Assembly: GCA_030390025.1 (NCBI GenBank)
Contig: CM059433.1
Span: forward strand, 68,820,001 to 68,884,000
DNA length: 64,000 nt
Source: Squalus acanthias
Taxonomy: Eukaryota
Direction: 5' to 3'
A model generated the notes under the pieces. The model saw only the letters and a program-made list of their open reading frames with translations. It was not told the origin of the DNA and made no database searches. The stretch's first letter is position 1, and every line of letters begins with the position of its first letter. A program made the translations under genes and the position numbers. Positions 11,662 through 25,541 of the stretch are shown one piece after another.

Positions 11662-12300
11662 AGTAAAGGATCCTCTAGGGAAGAGTGATCATAACATGAT
11701 AGAATTTCACATTCAGTTTGAGCTCGAGAAACTTGGGTCTAAAACTAGTGTCATCAACTTAAATAAAGGCAATTACAAAGGTATGAAGACAGAGTTGGCT
11801 AAAGTGGACTGGGTAAATAGATTAAAAGGTAAGATGGTAGATAAGCAGTGGTAGACTTTTAAGGAGATATTTCATACCTCTCAACAAAGATATATTCCAG
11901 TGAGAAAGAAAGACTCTACGAGAAGGATGAACCATCCATGGCTAACTAAGGAAGTTAAGGAGGGTATCAAATTGAAAGAAAAGTCATACAATGTTGCGAA
12001 GATTAGTGGTAGGCCAGAAGATTGGGAAATTTTTAGAAACTTGAAAAGGATGACTAAAAAAATAATAGAGGGAGAAAATTGGTTATGAGAGTAAACTAGC
12101 AAGAAATATAAAAACAGACAGTAAAAGCTTCTACAAGTATATAAAAAGGAAGAGAGTAGCTAAAGTAAACATTGGTCCCTTAGAAGATGAGACTGGGGAA
12201 TTAATAATGGGAAACAAGGAAATGGCAGAGATTTTGAACAAATATTTTGTATCTGTCTTCACGGTAGAAGACACTAAAAGCATCCCAATAATAGTGGAAA
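11662..12300 (+). mobile_element. CR1 LINE ORF2 internal fragment
   Basis: Encodes LGKSDHNMIEF, HPWLTKEVK, SKSFYKYIKRKR and YFVSVFT; homologous to about 27245-27860. Confidence 0.85.
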
Positions 12301-12657
12301 ATGGCCTCGGCACCCCTTTCCCGTGAATGGCAAAAAACACCAACCAGGATTACTGCTTCTCAGATGACAAAGGAGAAAGTATGTGAGGGCCATACTAGAA
12401 GAGACAAAGAGAGACAACAACATCACAGATTAAGTGTATGGAAGAACACCAAGCCAGAAAAGGAGAGATTAAGACAGGTGACCAAATGCTTAGCTGAAGT
12501 GATGGGTTTTGAGGACAATTTTAAAAGAGGAAAGAGAAGTGGAGCTCAAGAATTCCAGTGGGCAGGACTCCAGCAGCTGATAGCCCTGTCACCAATAGTG
12601 AGGTGAAAGTGGGTGGGTGGGCGGGGGGAAGACCTAAATAGTGGATGACAAAGAGAA

Positions 12658-12660
<3 letters not shown>

Positions 12661-12688
<28 letters not shown>
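12661..12688. repeat. (GA)n microsatellite
   Basis: About 14 GA units. Confidence 0.9.
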
Positions 12689-12692
<4 letters not shown>

Positions 12693-12861
12693 AGAGAATT
12701 AGAGAGCAGGAAACAACCAGAGAGGCAGCTAAAGGAGACAAGTTTTTTTTATCCTCGAGTAATCCCCATATAAATGCTTACAGTTTCTTTAAGTGTGTGT
12801 GGTTTGTGAAATGACATGCGTCTGCATTACAGTTTATATCTAATGAACTTTAGTCCCTTAC

Positions 12862-12971
12862 CTCTTCAGGTCGACTGTTGTGACATTGAACACCACACCT
12901 TTCAGCCACAGAATCATGAAGAGACGCTGAGAAAAGGGGCAATTACCGATACTCTCTCCATCAATGCCAGC
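12862..12971 (-). CDS. CLIC5: CLIC5 coding exon 2, [36 protein letters not shown](R)
   Basis: 110 nt, flanked by ttgcag| and |gtaagg. Contains the CLIC CPFS motif and putative TM segment. AGIDGES matches CLIC5 (CLIC4 AGSDGES, CLIC6 AGYDGES). Confidence 0.97.
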
Positions 12972-13282
12972 CTGCAAGAGAAATGAAAAGCACTTAGTTA
13001 CACTGCCTACAATATGTACATGAGGAAAAGATCGGTTTTCACATTATTTTCAGCATAGTCACTTCCTGACATTTGGGTGTACAGGATCTCTATTCCTAAT
13101 TAAGCTCATGTTAAATGGGCATCCAATCCAGGTTTACTAGATTATGGTAAGTATGAGGAAAATCCTGGGTAGGACCCATTACGTTTAACATAAGTGCACT
13201 TCAGTCATTTCTAAACCATTTTTCTTCATTTTTTTAAAGATATTTTTCTGTTGGCATTTATGTTTTTTGAGTCTTTGTAATC

Positions 13283-13572
13283 AACTTTCGGATGAGACAT
13301 TCATGTAAAAGATCCCATAGCACTATTTGAAGAGGAGCAGGGGAGTTCTCCCTGGTGTCCTGGCCAATATTTATCCCTCAACCAACTTTACTAAAACAAA
13401 TTATCTGGTCATTATCACATTGCTGTTTGTCGGACCTTCCTGTGTGCAAATTGGCTGCCGCGTTTCCTACATTACAACAGTGACCACACTTCAAAAAGTA
13501 TTTAATTGGCTGTGGAGAGATTTGGATGTCCTGAGTTTGTGAAAGGTGCTTATATAAATACAAATTCTTTCT
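13283..13572 (+). mobile_element. Deu-domain-like SINE fragment with L2-type 3' tail
   Basis: AAAAGATCCCA...GTCCTGGCCAATATTTATCCCTCAACC...TACATTACAACAGTGAC...TATATAAATACAA. Inverted homologues at 16806 and 39318. Confidence 0.7.
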
Positions 13573-16500
13573 TTTAATTATTTTATTTTTCTTTGCCTCC
13601 AGCACAATTACTGGCACCAATGGGTTTCCCAATAGGATCCCCCTATCTGAAGTATTTGGAAGAGGAGCATCAATGAAAGGATGCCAGCAAGGTCACACTG
13701 CAAGAGAGGTGCTCTATGCTCACATGCACATCCATATCTGCAGACATAGGTGAACATATTTCATTTTGGCAAATAATTAATCAAGGCAGAGACCCCTATT
13801 CCCAAAACAAAACGAGGACAACAGACCCGGTGGCACCACTAAGATATGTGAACACCCGACCGACTAATGTCGGATGCTTCCTTGCACCCAACCACATGCC
13901 ACTGAAGGCATGATAGACTTCATGCCAGGGTGATCAATAGCCAGCACGCTGATAGGCCGCACCTTCCAAGCTGCCAGTAACCATATCTGCAGGCACTGGC
14001 AGGCCTACCTGGCAGTGACTGTGGGGAAATGACTTTCACAGGGACTGGGCCATCAAACAGTCAGATACAAGGACATTTTACAGCTACCATGTAGCATAGG
14101 ACTGGCATATCCAATGACAGTAGCAGTCAGCTGTGGCCTGAAACCCAGCATCACCTCCTTGCAGACATACTGACTTATAGGGATGCTGCTGTGGAGTGGC
14201 ACAGAAGGGGCAGACCCCTTGTATTTCAGCACTCAAACAGGGAAGCAGGAGCTGGGCTACGCAGACTTGCTTGCAAACTTGGGTTTCCATCACTTCTTCT
14301 TCACCGCCCCCTTCAGCCTTGGTAAAGGCTGCTCATTGGCTAAGATGCCTTTTGAGCTTACCAAAGAGGTTTTCCAAATGTCATTGTCCTATTGTGACGT
14401 CCCACCCCCTTTAATTGTCCCCAACCCTTTATAATTCACTTATCTGAAATTTTCCCCTCCCACCACTAGGGTACTCCCTGCACATGTCTTAATTTGCACC
14501 TGGAGCTGCAAATACTGATAAACCTTGGGAAACTGAGTGCAAAGAGCACACCTCCTTTAATGACACTGCAAAACTTGTTTCTAACCATTATAAACTACGT
14601 CCGTATCAGAAAATCTAGGCTTCAAATCTTAAAGCACTGCTCTCGTCATTTAGATTGCAATGGCATCATTCAAACAGACTAAAAAAAGGATGGGCTTGTA
14701 GTCCCAAATGAATCTTGTACATGTTTATTCTCATATTCTCTATGGGATTGAAATTCCACTGATCACTGCTCTCAGTTCACTGGTTAACACGCTTGTGTAA
14801 AATTCCTCTGTGCACTAGCTCAATTAAGTTGTTAATCCACTTAAAACGGACTTCATTAAAATAGTACACAAGTAATTTTCCGTAAGTGGGTTAACTAGCA
14901 CACTAAAATAATTGTTCTGCGGAACAATAATCCTGCTCCTGTGTTTGGATCAATCCCTCTATTACAGTTATCTGTTATAATTTCTTCCTAAGATAGTCAG
15001 TATTGGAATACATGCTGCAACTTTTATGGCATATTCTTTTGCTCCTCTTAATCTATTACATGTAATCGGATATCAAAGTACAGAGGGTGGCTCTTTTCCA
15101 ACCGACAATCAGCCTTTAGTATCTGAACTGCATTTGGATGAGGAGGGTTCAAATTGTTGGCCTTCCAAATCAGAAGGGTAAATGTATCTATATGATCCTC
15201 AACAGTTTTGTTTTAGTCCTTTTATTTTCATCCATAGTGTAACAAAATAACAACTTCCTTTAGTTAGTCCAAACTCCTTATGTAAATGAACAGCAACACA
15301 ACAGAGCCCTGCAACTGGAAGGTACTATCTATGCTGAATCCAAAGAGTGTGATGCTATCAAAGCACCACTGTGCTAGTTTTACTGTAGCCTACGTAACTT
15401 ATAAATACTGAATACAGGGCAAAGAATTCTGTATTCTTAAAAATACATTATTTTCCAGCAATCCTGACCCAGTTCGTACTTCCTTTTGGTTAGGCTATTA
15501 AAAGTAACATAATGATCCTGAGGGAAGAGTGTAAACATATCCAACTGAATTACGTGGCACCAGGTTGCTTGCAATAATAAAATAACCACTGTACTTTTTA
15601 TATGATCTTACAGGTTCTATATTGACAGGGAACACGGAGAAATAAAGAACAGCTGTGCCTTTGTTAGAACACTATTCACCATTTGTCTAAAAATAAACAG
15701 CTGACACCTTTGCTCCCCATAGATATCACAGTACCAGAGATTGAAAATAACAGGAAGTGTGTGTCACATTAGGCCTAATTTATTGATTTAGTAGAAATTC
15801 TATCAAAGGAATGAAATGCAATCTCAACAAAAAATAAGCAAATAAATTTAATCCCAGCCTAATTAAAATTGTATGGTATTGTAATGGAAATTATTTTGCT
15901 TGATTGGAATGAAGTAATTTATTTACCCCCCTCCCCCCCCACACACACACACACACACGGAGTTAGTGGTTGAGTAAATCTGTGTACCAAGCTGCTGAAT
16001 TTCCAGCATTACCTCTTTTAATGACAAATGTGATAGGCATAGCAATAGCAATGCTGTGATTGGTTATCACAGTTGTTCTAAACTCTCAATATACTCACAT
16101 AAAATTCACGTAGAAGCTGTAATAAATTATCCTAAATGCTTATCCTAAGCATCAATTATCAACATATACAAATCTATATATTTAAAAATCCTCCATCCTG
16201 CACAGGTGTGCATATCACGCCCCTAAAGTGGTGTGCATTACACCTTTCAAAAGCATCACAGTAGAAAGTTTGGCCCCAAAGACGTAACACTTTCAAAGCA
16301 TCACACATGGTAGGGTAAAAAGACCGAGTCTCACTCTCATTTTTCCTTTGCTTATTATGCAGAAGTGCCTGGCCTTTACCTGTCCCATTACTTGTCACTT
16401 CCCTTGGTGAAATACTGAGACAGGGAACACAGTGAGCACCAGATTGCAGGTATGACTTCTGACTAGTGCTGCCTGGGATAAATTGTCTTTTAGATTATAT

Positions 16501-16805
16501 TAGCATGCTGTGCATGTTTGAAAGAACCACATTTTTAAGGAAGGCAACTTCATACTCGAGTACCGTCCCTGTGAGGTTCGTTCCACAGGTTTCATCATGC
16601 GATAGAGGTTTATAAGGAATATTCAAAAACAGTAATAGCAAGAGGCAGTTGTGGGTACAACACACGGCAGATACAGAGCAACGCTCTTCTCAACAATGTT
16701 CTCATGCCAACCACCCTCAAGGCGTCTGGGTGAAATTGCAACTAATAGTCCCAAATATGCCAAATTACTGGCATTTTTTTGCCATGGAACTATTAGCCAG
16801 CGTTG

Positions 16806-17745
16806 AAAGAAAGAACTTGCATTTCTATAGCGCCCTTCACAATCTCAGGATGTACTTCATGGCCAGTGAAGTACTTCTGGAGAGTAGTCATTATTTTAAT
16901 GTAGGGAAACACGACAGCCAATTTGTACATAGCAAGGTCCCACAAACAGCAATGAGATAAATGACCAGATAATGGGATAGATTTTAACTTGGGCTTCCCG
17001 GTGTAAACGGGGAGGTATCAGCCTGAAAATGGCTTAATGCCCCATTTATACCAGCACTGCTCCAGGTGGTAGACACTTAATATTCAAATTGGGGTCTTAT
17101 GATGTAAATAGGAACCCGAGAGCAACGGTGACGAATAGCTGGGCAGAGTGTGCACTGTGCAGGCTCCACATAGTTTTACTGGTACACAGCAGAAGAGGCA
17201 CCAAAAAGGTACATTTAAAATTATTTTTGTGGCTCTTGCAGGAGTAGGATTGCTGCCCCAGGATCTCCCACCCTGGACCTACTTTCCTGTTGGCCATTCG
17301 GCCTCTGGACCACCTGATATTGCGCCTCCCGGAGCCGGCAAGCTGCAGCGGGGTGCCCATTTGGCGCAGTAATGAGACCCTCCCGCTGGCAGCATCGGGC
17401 AGTCAGTCAGTCAGTGCGCTCTGGCAATCAGCTGCCCAATAGTTAAAATCTGCCTCAATCCATTTTAGTGATGTTGGTTGAAGGATAAATATTGGACAGG
17501 ATATCAGGAGAACTCTCCTACAATGCTTTGAATAGTGTTGCAAGATCTTTTCCATCCACCTGAGAGAACAGACGGGTTCTCGGTTTAATGCTATATCTGA
17601 AAGACAATACCTCCAACATTGCAGGACTTCCTCAGTACGGTACTGGAATGTCAGCCCAGATTATGTACTTAAGTCTCTGGAGCGGGCCTTGTAGTCACAA
17701 TATTCTGCCTCAGGAAGTGAGAGTACTAATACTGAGCCAAGGTCG
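16806..17745 (-). mobile_element. Deu-domain-like SINE interrupted by a MITE
   Basis: Reverse-complement match to the SINE at 13283; continuous across the 16974-17456 insertion. Confidence 0.7.
16974..17456. mobile_element. Harbinger-type MITE
   Basis: TIRs GGGATAGATTTTAACT / AGTTAAAATCTGCCTC; exact TSD AAT; splits a SINE. Confidence 0.8.
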
Positions 17746-18296
17746 AGATTCTACAGCCTCATATTAAACACATTTAGCCAGCGGGGAGAGAAGGCTTCCA
17801 TCCCATCAATCTGTGCTGAATTCGTACTCAAGTTCTAGAGGTGGAAAGGCAATCTGCCAAGCCACTGCACCATCCAACTTTTCATTCCCACTGTTTTCAA
17901 TGGAGAAAGTTCAATCAGTCACATTATTGCCTGTCAGGAGGCTGATGATGTGCATGAAATTGTGGCATATGTTTGGCTGAGTTACTGTAATCCTTAAAAG
18001 TCAATCTGCGTTCCAACCCAATGCAGTGAACTTCTAATGTTGTTTCCGATGTAAAGTGAATCTCGGCCAAATTTCCACCTTATTGTTTGTTCCTGAGCAG
18101 TGAATGCCTTTAAAAGTTATAATGTGAGACAGGTGGTGAAAGCAAAGACTGAAATTTAAACCTATTACTATAGCTGAAATATTTATGGAAATTCCATTGG
18201 CTGCTTCATTAGATCTAACGGCTTCCGCACTAGCAGCAAAATGAAAAGGTCTGAACCCAAGCACCTCAGCTATACACAGGATCATTAAAGTGAAAA

Positions 18297-18425
18297 GACA
18301 AATACTGCAGATGCTGGAGGTCCGAAACAAAAAACAGAAAAGGCTGGAAACACAGAGCAGGCCAGCCAGTATCTGTGGAGAAAATGGACATATTTACAGG
18401 TCAGGTGCAGACCCTACTTCAGAAC
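18297..18425 (-). mobile_element. Degenerate Penelope-like pLTR fragment (family 2)
   Basis: AATACTGCAGATGCTGGA...AAACAGAAAAGGCTGGAAA...ATCTGTGGAGA, similar to 5760 and 39341. Confidence 0.55.
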
Positions 18426-19059
18426 TGAAAAATAAGAGGCATATAAAGTGGAGGGGAGAAATATATAAAACAAACAACACAAAGAGGAACCAGGAGTAGA
18501 ACAATGTCATTCCAGTAATTAAAGCTGGCATTCTTTTTTGTTTAACAGGTTGAATAATCCCGTCTGTAAACGATCATAAATGAGGTGCATGATCCCTTTT
18601 GACTTAATCCTCATCTGTCACCCAAAATCCTTTTCAAACTACAGTGCATACAATGCATGGATGAAGCAGGCACTGGAACAAACAGCAGAGAGCGAAAAGA
18701 AAGAGCTCCACCTCTTTGGTGATAATGATTGACTCACTCGATAAAACTGTGGTAAGACAATACATGAAAGCAGTTTATGTAAAAGGTTCAAGAACTCTCA
18801 AATAGAAAATTCCTCTGCTGTGGTCTTCAAATGCCTCTCCAAGTCTACTTAAAAAAAAAATCGTGATACATTTCTTGAGGCTTTTTGTTTCTATGTGATC
18901 TCTTTCACCTAAGAAATGCCAGAAGCACACACTTCCATGGAAGACTGGCATGGTCAGATGTTTCTTCCCACTTTGTCAAAGAGCTTTAGTGCACCAAAGG
19001 ATCTTCATTGGAGCAGCTTGACCGAGAACTACTGAAGCTTATCTTCAGAGCAGTGGCTG

Positions 19060-19283
19060 CATTTCACTGCCAGCGATCAGTCCTGAGCAAGGACCTTAGT
19101 TTCATCTCCCTACGCCCCCACCTCGATGAATTCGGAGCTCGACAGGATCTTTCTATTGGGAACTGCCAGTGTGACATCGGCCATGTCAGTTTCTCCATTC
19201 CTCTTACTCACTCTAATGTCCCCCACTGAACTTGCTGCGCTCCGTTCTCTCAGGTCCAATTCCGACATCATTAGGAAACCTGT
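19060..19283 (+). mobile_element. Penelope-like ORF remnant (pre-RT region)
   Basis: Translates to VLSKDLSFISLRPHLDEF ... THSN / ELAALRSLRSNSDIIRKP, resembling the PLE motifs LSKGLxFxP and ALxxLxxNxDIVIKPADKG. Confidence 0.6.
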
Positions 19284-21550
19284 GGTGGAAGGACTTCTAC
19301 CATGCCGAGGTTGAATTCCAATTATGACCCACTATTCCTGCTCCTCCTGGCCCCACAAAAATAAAACCAGACATTTGTAGGATCCCCTTCGGCCAAACCG
19401 CCCACTGATACAGGACAAGCCTACATTCTGCCCAGTATCCTCCGAAAAATGCCAATTGGATTGTATGCAGGTCATAGGACTCCGATTTGCCTTTTAAATA
19501 GGCCTACCATCTGACTTGGGGCGCTCTGGATGCCAAGCGCTAGCCCCGGGGGTATATGGCCGCGGCCAGAGTGATGGCTGGAGTGGGGCGGGAAGTCTTT
19601 CCCTACGATTTTTGGGGTGCTACTGCCTTGATCTGCTGGTGGGAAGTCTCAAAATATAACCTGATGTCTCTTCAGTACCATCCAAACAATTAAATACTTG
19701 AATGTCACTGTATTTATTTTATTTAAAATACGGCTTCTTGGGGAACAGAATGCTATTAAATGTTTTATTGATTAAAGTGATCACTTCTGTGATTTACAAC
19801 AACAACAACAACTTGTATTTATATAACGCCTTTAACATCGTAAAACGTCCCAAGGCGCTGCACAGGAGTATTTTAAGGCAACATTTTTTTTTAAGCTTTT
19901 GATGAAGAACAGGAAGGGAGATGTGAGAAACATTATATCCATTTGAGATGCCATCTGCAACTAAATGCACACGATGGTGCAAGATACCACTTCATGGCAC
20001 TAATCTCAATAAGACTCACAAAAATTGGGAAATTCCAAGAAGTTGAAACAGTTGACGCGTTTGTAAAATTTCACGTGAAAAATCATCAAACTAAGTAGGC
20101 TGCTATCAGTAAATCTCACCGTAAACCTGCAATGGTGCAAGACACCACTAAATACTGGCATCAGACAGGAAAGCTGAGCCTCTTCTCAAATGGTCATGTC
20201 TATAATTAAAGTGTTAGCTTGGTCACCGTTGTGAAAGCTAGTTCATGATTATCTTGTCCTGCTAACAAATTATGAAATCCCAAATGTTTAAATGCACTAA
20301 TGTGGTAACTTCAACTTGTTCCTACTGCACAACTTAACAGACTGAGACTGCTTCTTCATAACCATACTCCAAATTGCTAATTTGATGGGTTAAAAGCAGG
20401 TGAATTAAATTGAGCGCTGCTGTTGCTAAAGAGACTGTTCAAAGTCTTCAAGATTAACATCCTGTTGTGAACATGCCGTGCATTTCAGCTTTTTTCACTG
20501 CAGCAAATTTCTATTCGTGATCGCAACAATAACTGCTAATGTCGTTATTGTGCTAACTTCAGTGATAATGCTTTATTCGCAGGGTGGTGAGGGATGTAGA
20601 ACTCACTATAAAAACTTTCCACTGTCCCTGCCCCAAACAGAGCTGCTGAAGCTGCGAGGCCCATCTACTCTTTTAAAGCAATATGTAAACAGCTTTTCAA
20701 CAACAACAAAAAGCAGCATAATCGTCGACCCAACAATAGTCAAATGCAATGCGGCAAGCGACCACTGATATTCAATCTTTGTTGCTGTGTTAGGTTTGAC
20801 GTGAGCTTTTCATCAAGCGAATCAAGCACAAAAAACACTAGTAATTCAATACAATGTACCCACAATGGAATAAAGATCTAGAAAATAACTAACAATAACC
20901 GGCAGACTTCAATGACTGTGCACAAATTCTATTGTAATACTGAGTCTACTAGTAATAAAAAGGCAGTAAAATACTGGTAAATTTATGGCAGATGAGAATA
21001 ATTTGGCCTGCAACTTGTATTGCAAATCATATCATCATCCTCACATAACCAGAACATGACGGTAGTGTTGTGGAATGACCTCTTAGCAAGGAACAAGTTA
21101 CAATGGCATGTAACACAAGCTGATCTCTAGACATTCAATCTAGTTCCTACTAGGCATGAATCTACTGCACACAACAGTCCCTAATCTGCTACTAAATTGG
21201 CATCTCACTTAGACAGGCTGCAGGATAGCTGGTGCAGGAAATGAAATAATGTTAAATTAGTGAAGTAGAGGAGCTGATTGGACGTTGGAGCTAGGGAATA
21301 CTGTTGGAGAGTTTTATTCTGTAAGTACCGATGATATACTTGACATTCATTTTCCTGCCACTAACATTTGTCACGTTGATAATCACAAAAAGAACAGAGC
21401 CACAGATCTGTTCACCCCTCATGTCCCTTTCATTAAAATGAAAACTAATATCCTACTGTGAGCACTGGACTTCCAACTAGCTTTGATTACTGAAAGTTCA
21501 CCGACTCTCGATGGATAAGTTTTTGATCAAATTATTAGATGGGAGTGTAT

Positions 21551-22388
21551 GGGCTGGATTTTCCAAGCCCCGAGGAGGTGGGCATGGAGGCGGGACAGCC
21601 GGTAAAATCGGAGAAAGTGGGGGCGGATGGCAAACCTGCCCCCGTGCCATTTTGCCAGGAGGCGGGGAGATGTGCAGCTTCGGGTCCCATCTCCTGGAGG
21701 CGGGAAAGGCATTTAATCCTTTTAACTGCCTGTTAACAGGTAGCTAACAGGCAGAAAAAAGGATTAGTGCCATTTTACCTTCACAGGTGAAGGCTTCCCG
21801 ACCTCGGAGAACCCCACCTGGTTGGAGGAGACATGGAGGAGGTCTGCGCTGGTCGGAGGCACCTGGAAGTAAGGTGTAGAGGTGAGTGATGGGTGCAAGT
21901 GTGGAGTGGTAAGTATGTAAGGTGAGTGATAAGTTTTTAAAAAAGTGTGCACTTACCTTGTTTTCTTTCTACCAGCCTTTAGCCGCGCTGGATGGGGAGA
22001 GCCGATATTCTCCTTGTCAATTTCACATAATGGCTGTTGGATCCTCCGATCTTACAGACATGTGAAATTTACAAAGTTTAGAGGTTTGATGAGTCCTCAC
22101 CACAAAGGCTCATCAAACTAAAGAGAATGGAAGTGTTTGACAGCTTCACAGAGCTGTCAAACACTGTCATTTCTTCTTTCAAGAAGTCTCGACAGATAGC
22201 ACGTCTGACATTGACGTGATCTGTCAGTGACTTCCTCCCTAATTGGCCTGTTGAGCCTGCAAGGCGGGCTTAAGAAGCTCAATCAGGGGAAAATCCCTCT
22301 GATTGGTCAGGTGAAGATGGAGGCGGGACATTGACACGACAAGCAGAAGTCCCGCATCCAACTCGCATCCATTCACAAAATCCAGCCC
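21551..22388 (-). mobile_element. Non-autonomous Harbinger, diverged family A relative (inverted)
   Basis: Perfect 12-bp TIR GGGCTGGATTTT / AAAATCCAGCCC; flanks TAT/AAT; colinear with family A. Confidence 0.85.
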
Positions 22389-23534
22389 AATGTGTATAAA
22401 TGGAGGCAGAACTAATGTCTCCCTACCATGAAGTGGCATTGCCTAGTCCATCCAGCTGATGTAGGAAGCATGACACTGGAGGCAAGCAGAGAAAGAGGGG
22501 GGATAAATAAACCAGTTTTATTTTATTTATTTTATCAGTACATTACACAAGGATTGAAAAAAAAAAGTCCATAACAAATATTTGCTGGGCATAGAAGACA
22601 GTGCTGTCTCATAGAAACCGTTTCCCGTCATTATTAAGGGCAGTAACAGGCAGCATTCTTTCATTGCTGTTCACTAGAAGTGTTTGCATTTTTCAGGTTA
22701 CAGCTTTGGAGACCACAAAATTTAAATAGTCATAAAAACTAACCCCAGTAATGCAATCCAACATGACCAGCCTCCCTAGATCACCAGAGAACATTAACCA
22801 CAGCCAGCCAAACTAGAGCCACACACTCACTGCTAAGCCCAGGGATTTAAGAAAACAGAATTCAGTTCTTTGCCTCCACAAGATAACAAAATAGGAAAAG
22901 AGGAGAAAAATATTGTTTAAACTCCTGTCTTTTTTGCTGCCCCAGCCTCAGATGCCAAGCATCACGGCAGAGAATGTAGACCATGCAAGCACAGGGGGAC
23001 ATTAGTCACTCTGTATACCACGTGAAAAGTTACTGGTACAAACATGGTTCAACCTCTTTGTGCCAAAGTACACTGAAACATTACTATACTGTACTACCAT
23101 GCCACATTAAATACAAATTGACCCTGAATTTTAATGATTTAGTGTATTGAAAATCTGAGAGCCTCATGGTACGCTCTCACCATAAGTCCCGCAAATTAGG
23201 CCAGAAACCAGATGCACTGGGCCGCAGCCACGACTGCTAATTGTCATGGGGCCTTATTTGTGCCAGAACCTCGGTCTGTCCCGTAATCTTTTTGCATCAG
23301 AGGAGGTGTAGCCAGGGGGAGGAGACTGTCAGGCCTAAAGCTTCCTTGGTCCCAGGATGAGATTCACTGGGCGGCCATTATACCAGGAAAAGAAAATATA
23401 TGGGTCTCCTGGCCAGTGGAAATGGGACCCACCTGGTTCTGGCTGGAACCCCAAAGAACACAGTCAGCATAGGGGAGGAAGCTCCCCACATTAAAACTAC
23501 AGGGTTGTCAGCATAAAGACAAATGGCTGTTCAA

Positions 23535-24760
23535 GTGGTGTTCAAAATCATGAAGGGTTTGATAGAGTGAATAAGGAGAAACTGTTTCCAGTGGTAGAAG
23601 GGTCAGTAACCAAAGGACACAGATTTATGGGACTGGATTTTGTCAATGGGGGCGCGTTGGGGGCGGGACTCCTGGTTGTCGGGTTTCAGTCCCGCCCCCA
23701 GCGACGTCTGGCCAACCCATGCTATTTTCCCTTGATTGATCTTGTTAAGCCCGCCCTGCGGGCTTACCGGCCAATTAAGGGAAAGCCAGTGACAGATGAC
23801 GTCAGCGTATGACGTTTCATCTGTCGAACATTTTTTGACAGATGAATTGTCAGCGTTTGACAGCTTGGAGAAGCTTTCAAACACTGACAATCTCTGTTCT
23901 AAGGTGAGCCCTTGCACTAAAGGCTCACCAAAACCTCTCTCCTCAGCAGAAAGCAGATGGCTGCTGCATCTGAGAATGCAGCAGCCATTCTGTCATCTCT
24001 GCTGTTGAGATGAGGTACCGCTGGATTCCCCAAGGGTTGAAGCCTGCAGGAAGAAGCAAAGGTAAGGAAACTTTTTCCAACACTTTACACTCACCACTCA
24101 TACTTACCTCTCCACACCTGCACCCATCACTCACCTCTACAGCGGACTTTTCGATCCCTCTTATCCCCGCAGACCCACTGCTCGCCTCACTGACCCTAGC
24201 GAGGTTTGCAGCCATTGGGAAGCCCGCACTTGCTGGGGTAAAATGGGGATAAGCCTCAAAACTGCCCCTTAACTACCAGTTAACAGGCAGTTAATTGGCT
24301 CTAATCCCCTTCCCGCCTCGAGGAGACGGGTCCCTGCGCTAGTCGGGGACCTGCCTCCCGGGAAGATGGCATGGAGGCGGGTTGTGAGCGGGGTCGGTAC
24401 CTGCTCCCAGTTTCTGCCATTTTCCCAGCAGTCCCGCCTCCCCAGGGCTGGGAAAATTCCCCCCAAGGTGATTTTCAAAGGAAGCAGAGGTGGCAAACAA
24501 AGCAGAGGTGACATGAGCAAAAAAAAATTTATGCAGCAAGTTATGATCTGGAATGTACTGCCTGAAAAGGTGGTGGAAGCAGATTCAATAATAACTTTCA
24601 AAAGGGAATTGGATTAATCTTGAAGGGGAAAAACTTACAGGGCTATGGGGAACGAGCAGGGTCGTGAGACTAGTTGGATAGCTCTACCAAAGAGCCGGCA
24701 CAGGCACGATGGGCCGAATAGCCTCCTTCTGCTCCGGATCATTCTATGATTCTTCTGATT
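23535..24760 (+). mobile_element. CR1 LINE 3' end split by a family A insertion
   Basis: VFKIMKGFDRVNKEKLFP...TKGHRF on the left; WNVLPEKVVEADSI and an ATTCTATGATT tail on the right. Confidence 0.8.
23630..24464 (+). mobile_element. Non-autonomous Harbinger family A (copy inside CR1)
   Basis: TIRs GGACTGGATTTT / AAAATTCCCCCC; TSD ATG/AAG. The empty-site CR1 sequence agatttAAGgtgatt is visible at 48241. Confidence 0.88.
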
Positions 24761-25541
24761 TCTACCCCGACCACCCCCCCGCACCGCCACTCTGCTAGGT
24801 GCCCAAGATAAGCCCATAGTGACGTGAGCATCTACCAAGAACAATTAAATAACAGAACTTCCCCTGACCCCAGATACTCCAGCAGGGTCACCAGCACAAC
24901 AATCCTGGCATGCAAGGGTCATATGGTTTCAGGCCCTTGGCGGTTACAGGTACCTAGATTTGATAGAGTCAAATTCAGTTTTGCTTTCTGTCTTTTTTTT
25001 TTAAATAATGAAAGGAAAACGAGTGGCGATTGGCAAAATGGAACTTGTTAAGGAGTATACTCGGCCAAATCACCACCTACTGGCTTTTGTAACTTTTGAC
25101 TCCAGTGATTTGACCTTTGCTTATTTTTAAAAACAGTTTTCCCCAGCAGCAGCTCATTTTTTATTACTGGTGGAAAATAAGTTTTGAAATTCAAAAAAGG
25201 CCTCAATGCCAAATAGGATTGCAGCAGAGGCGGCGGCGGCGATAAAAGGAGAGCCCGAGGCGCAGGTAGGCTTACCAATCTAAGCTCCGAGAGCGGGAGA
25301 GAGCAGTAAAAAGTAATTGAAGTGTGACGTCACCAGAAAGCAGGTAAGTAATTGGTTGGTGAGTATTTCTTTCTTTCTCGTTTTTTCCAAACTTAAATGT
25401 CGTGGTTTATAGTTTCTAGGGTCTCTGTTGTGTAGCGGGGACTGCTGTTAAACAGGGGCCCTTGAGTATAACATTTAATTGTAGTGTAATTGGTGGGATT
25501 GATTTGATTTAACTTCATTTGAATTAATTAAAGGGTAAGTC

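Noticed and set aside
14900-16600. Apparently repeat-poor intronic stretch as an enhancer or alternative promoter
   Set aside because: Only scattered short motifs; cannot be supported without conservation or chromatin data.
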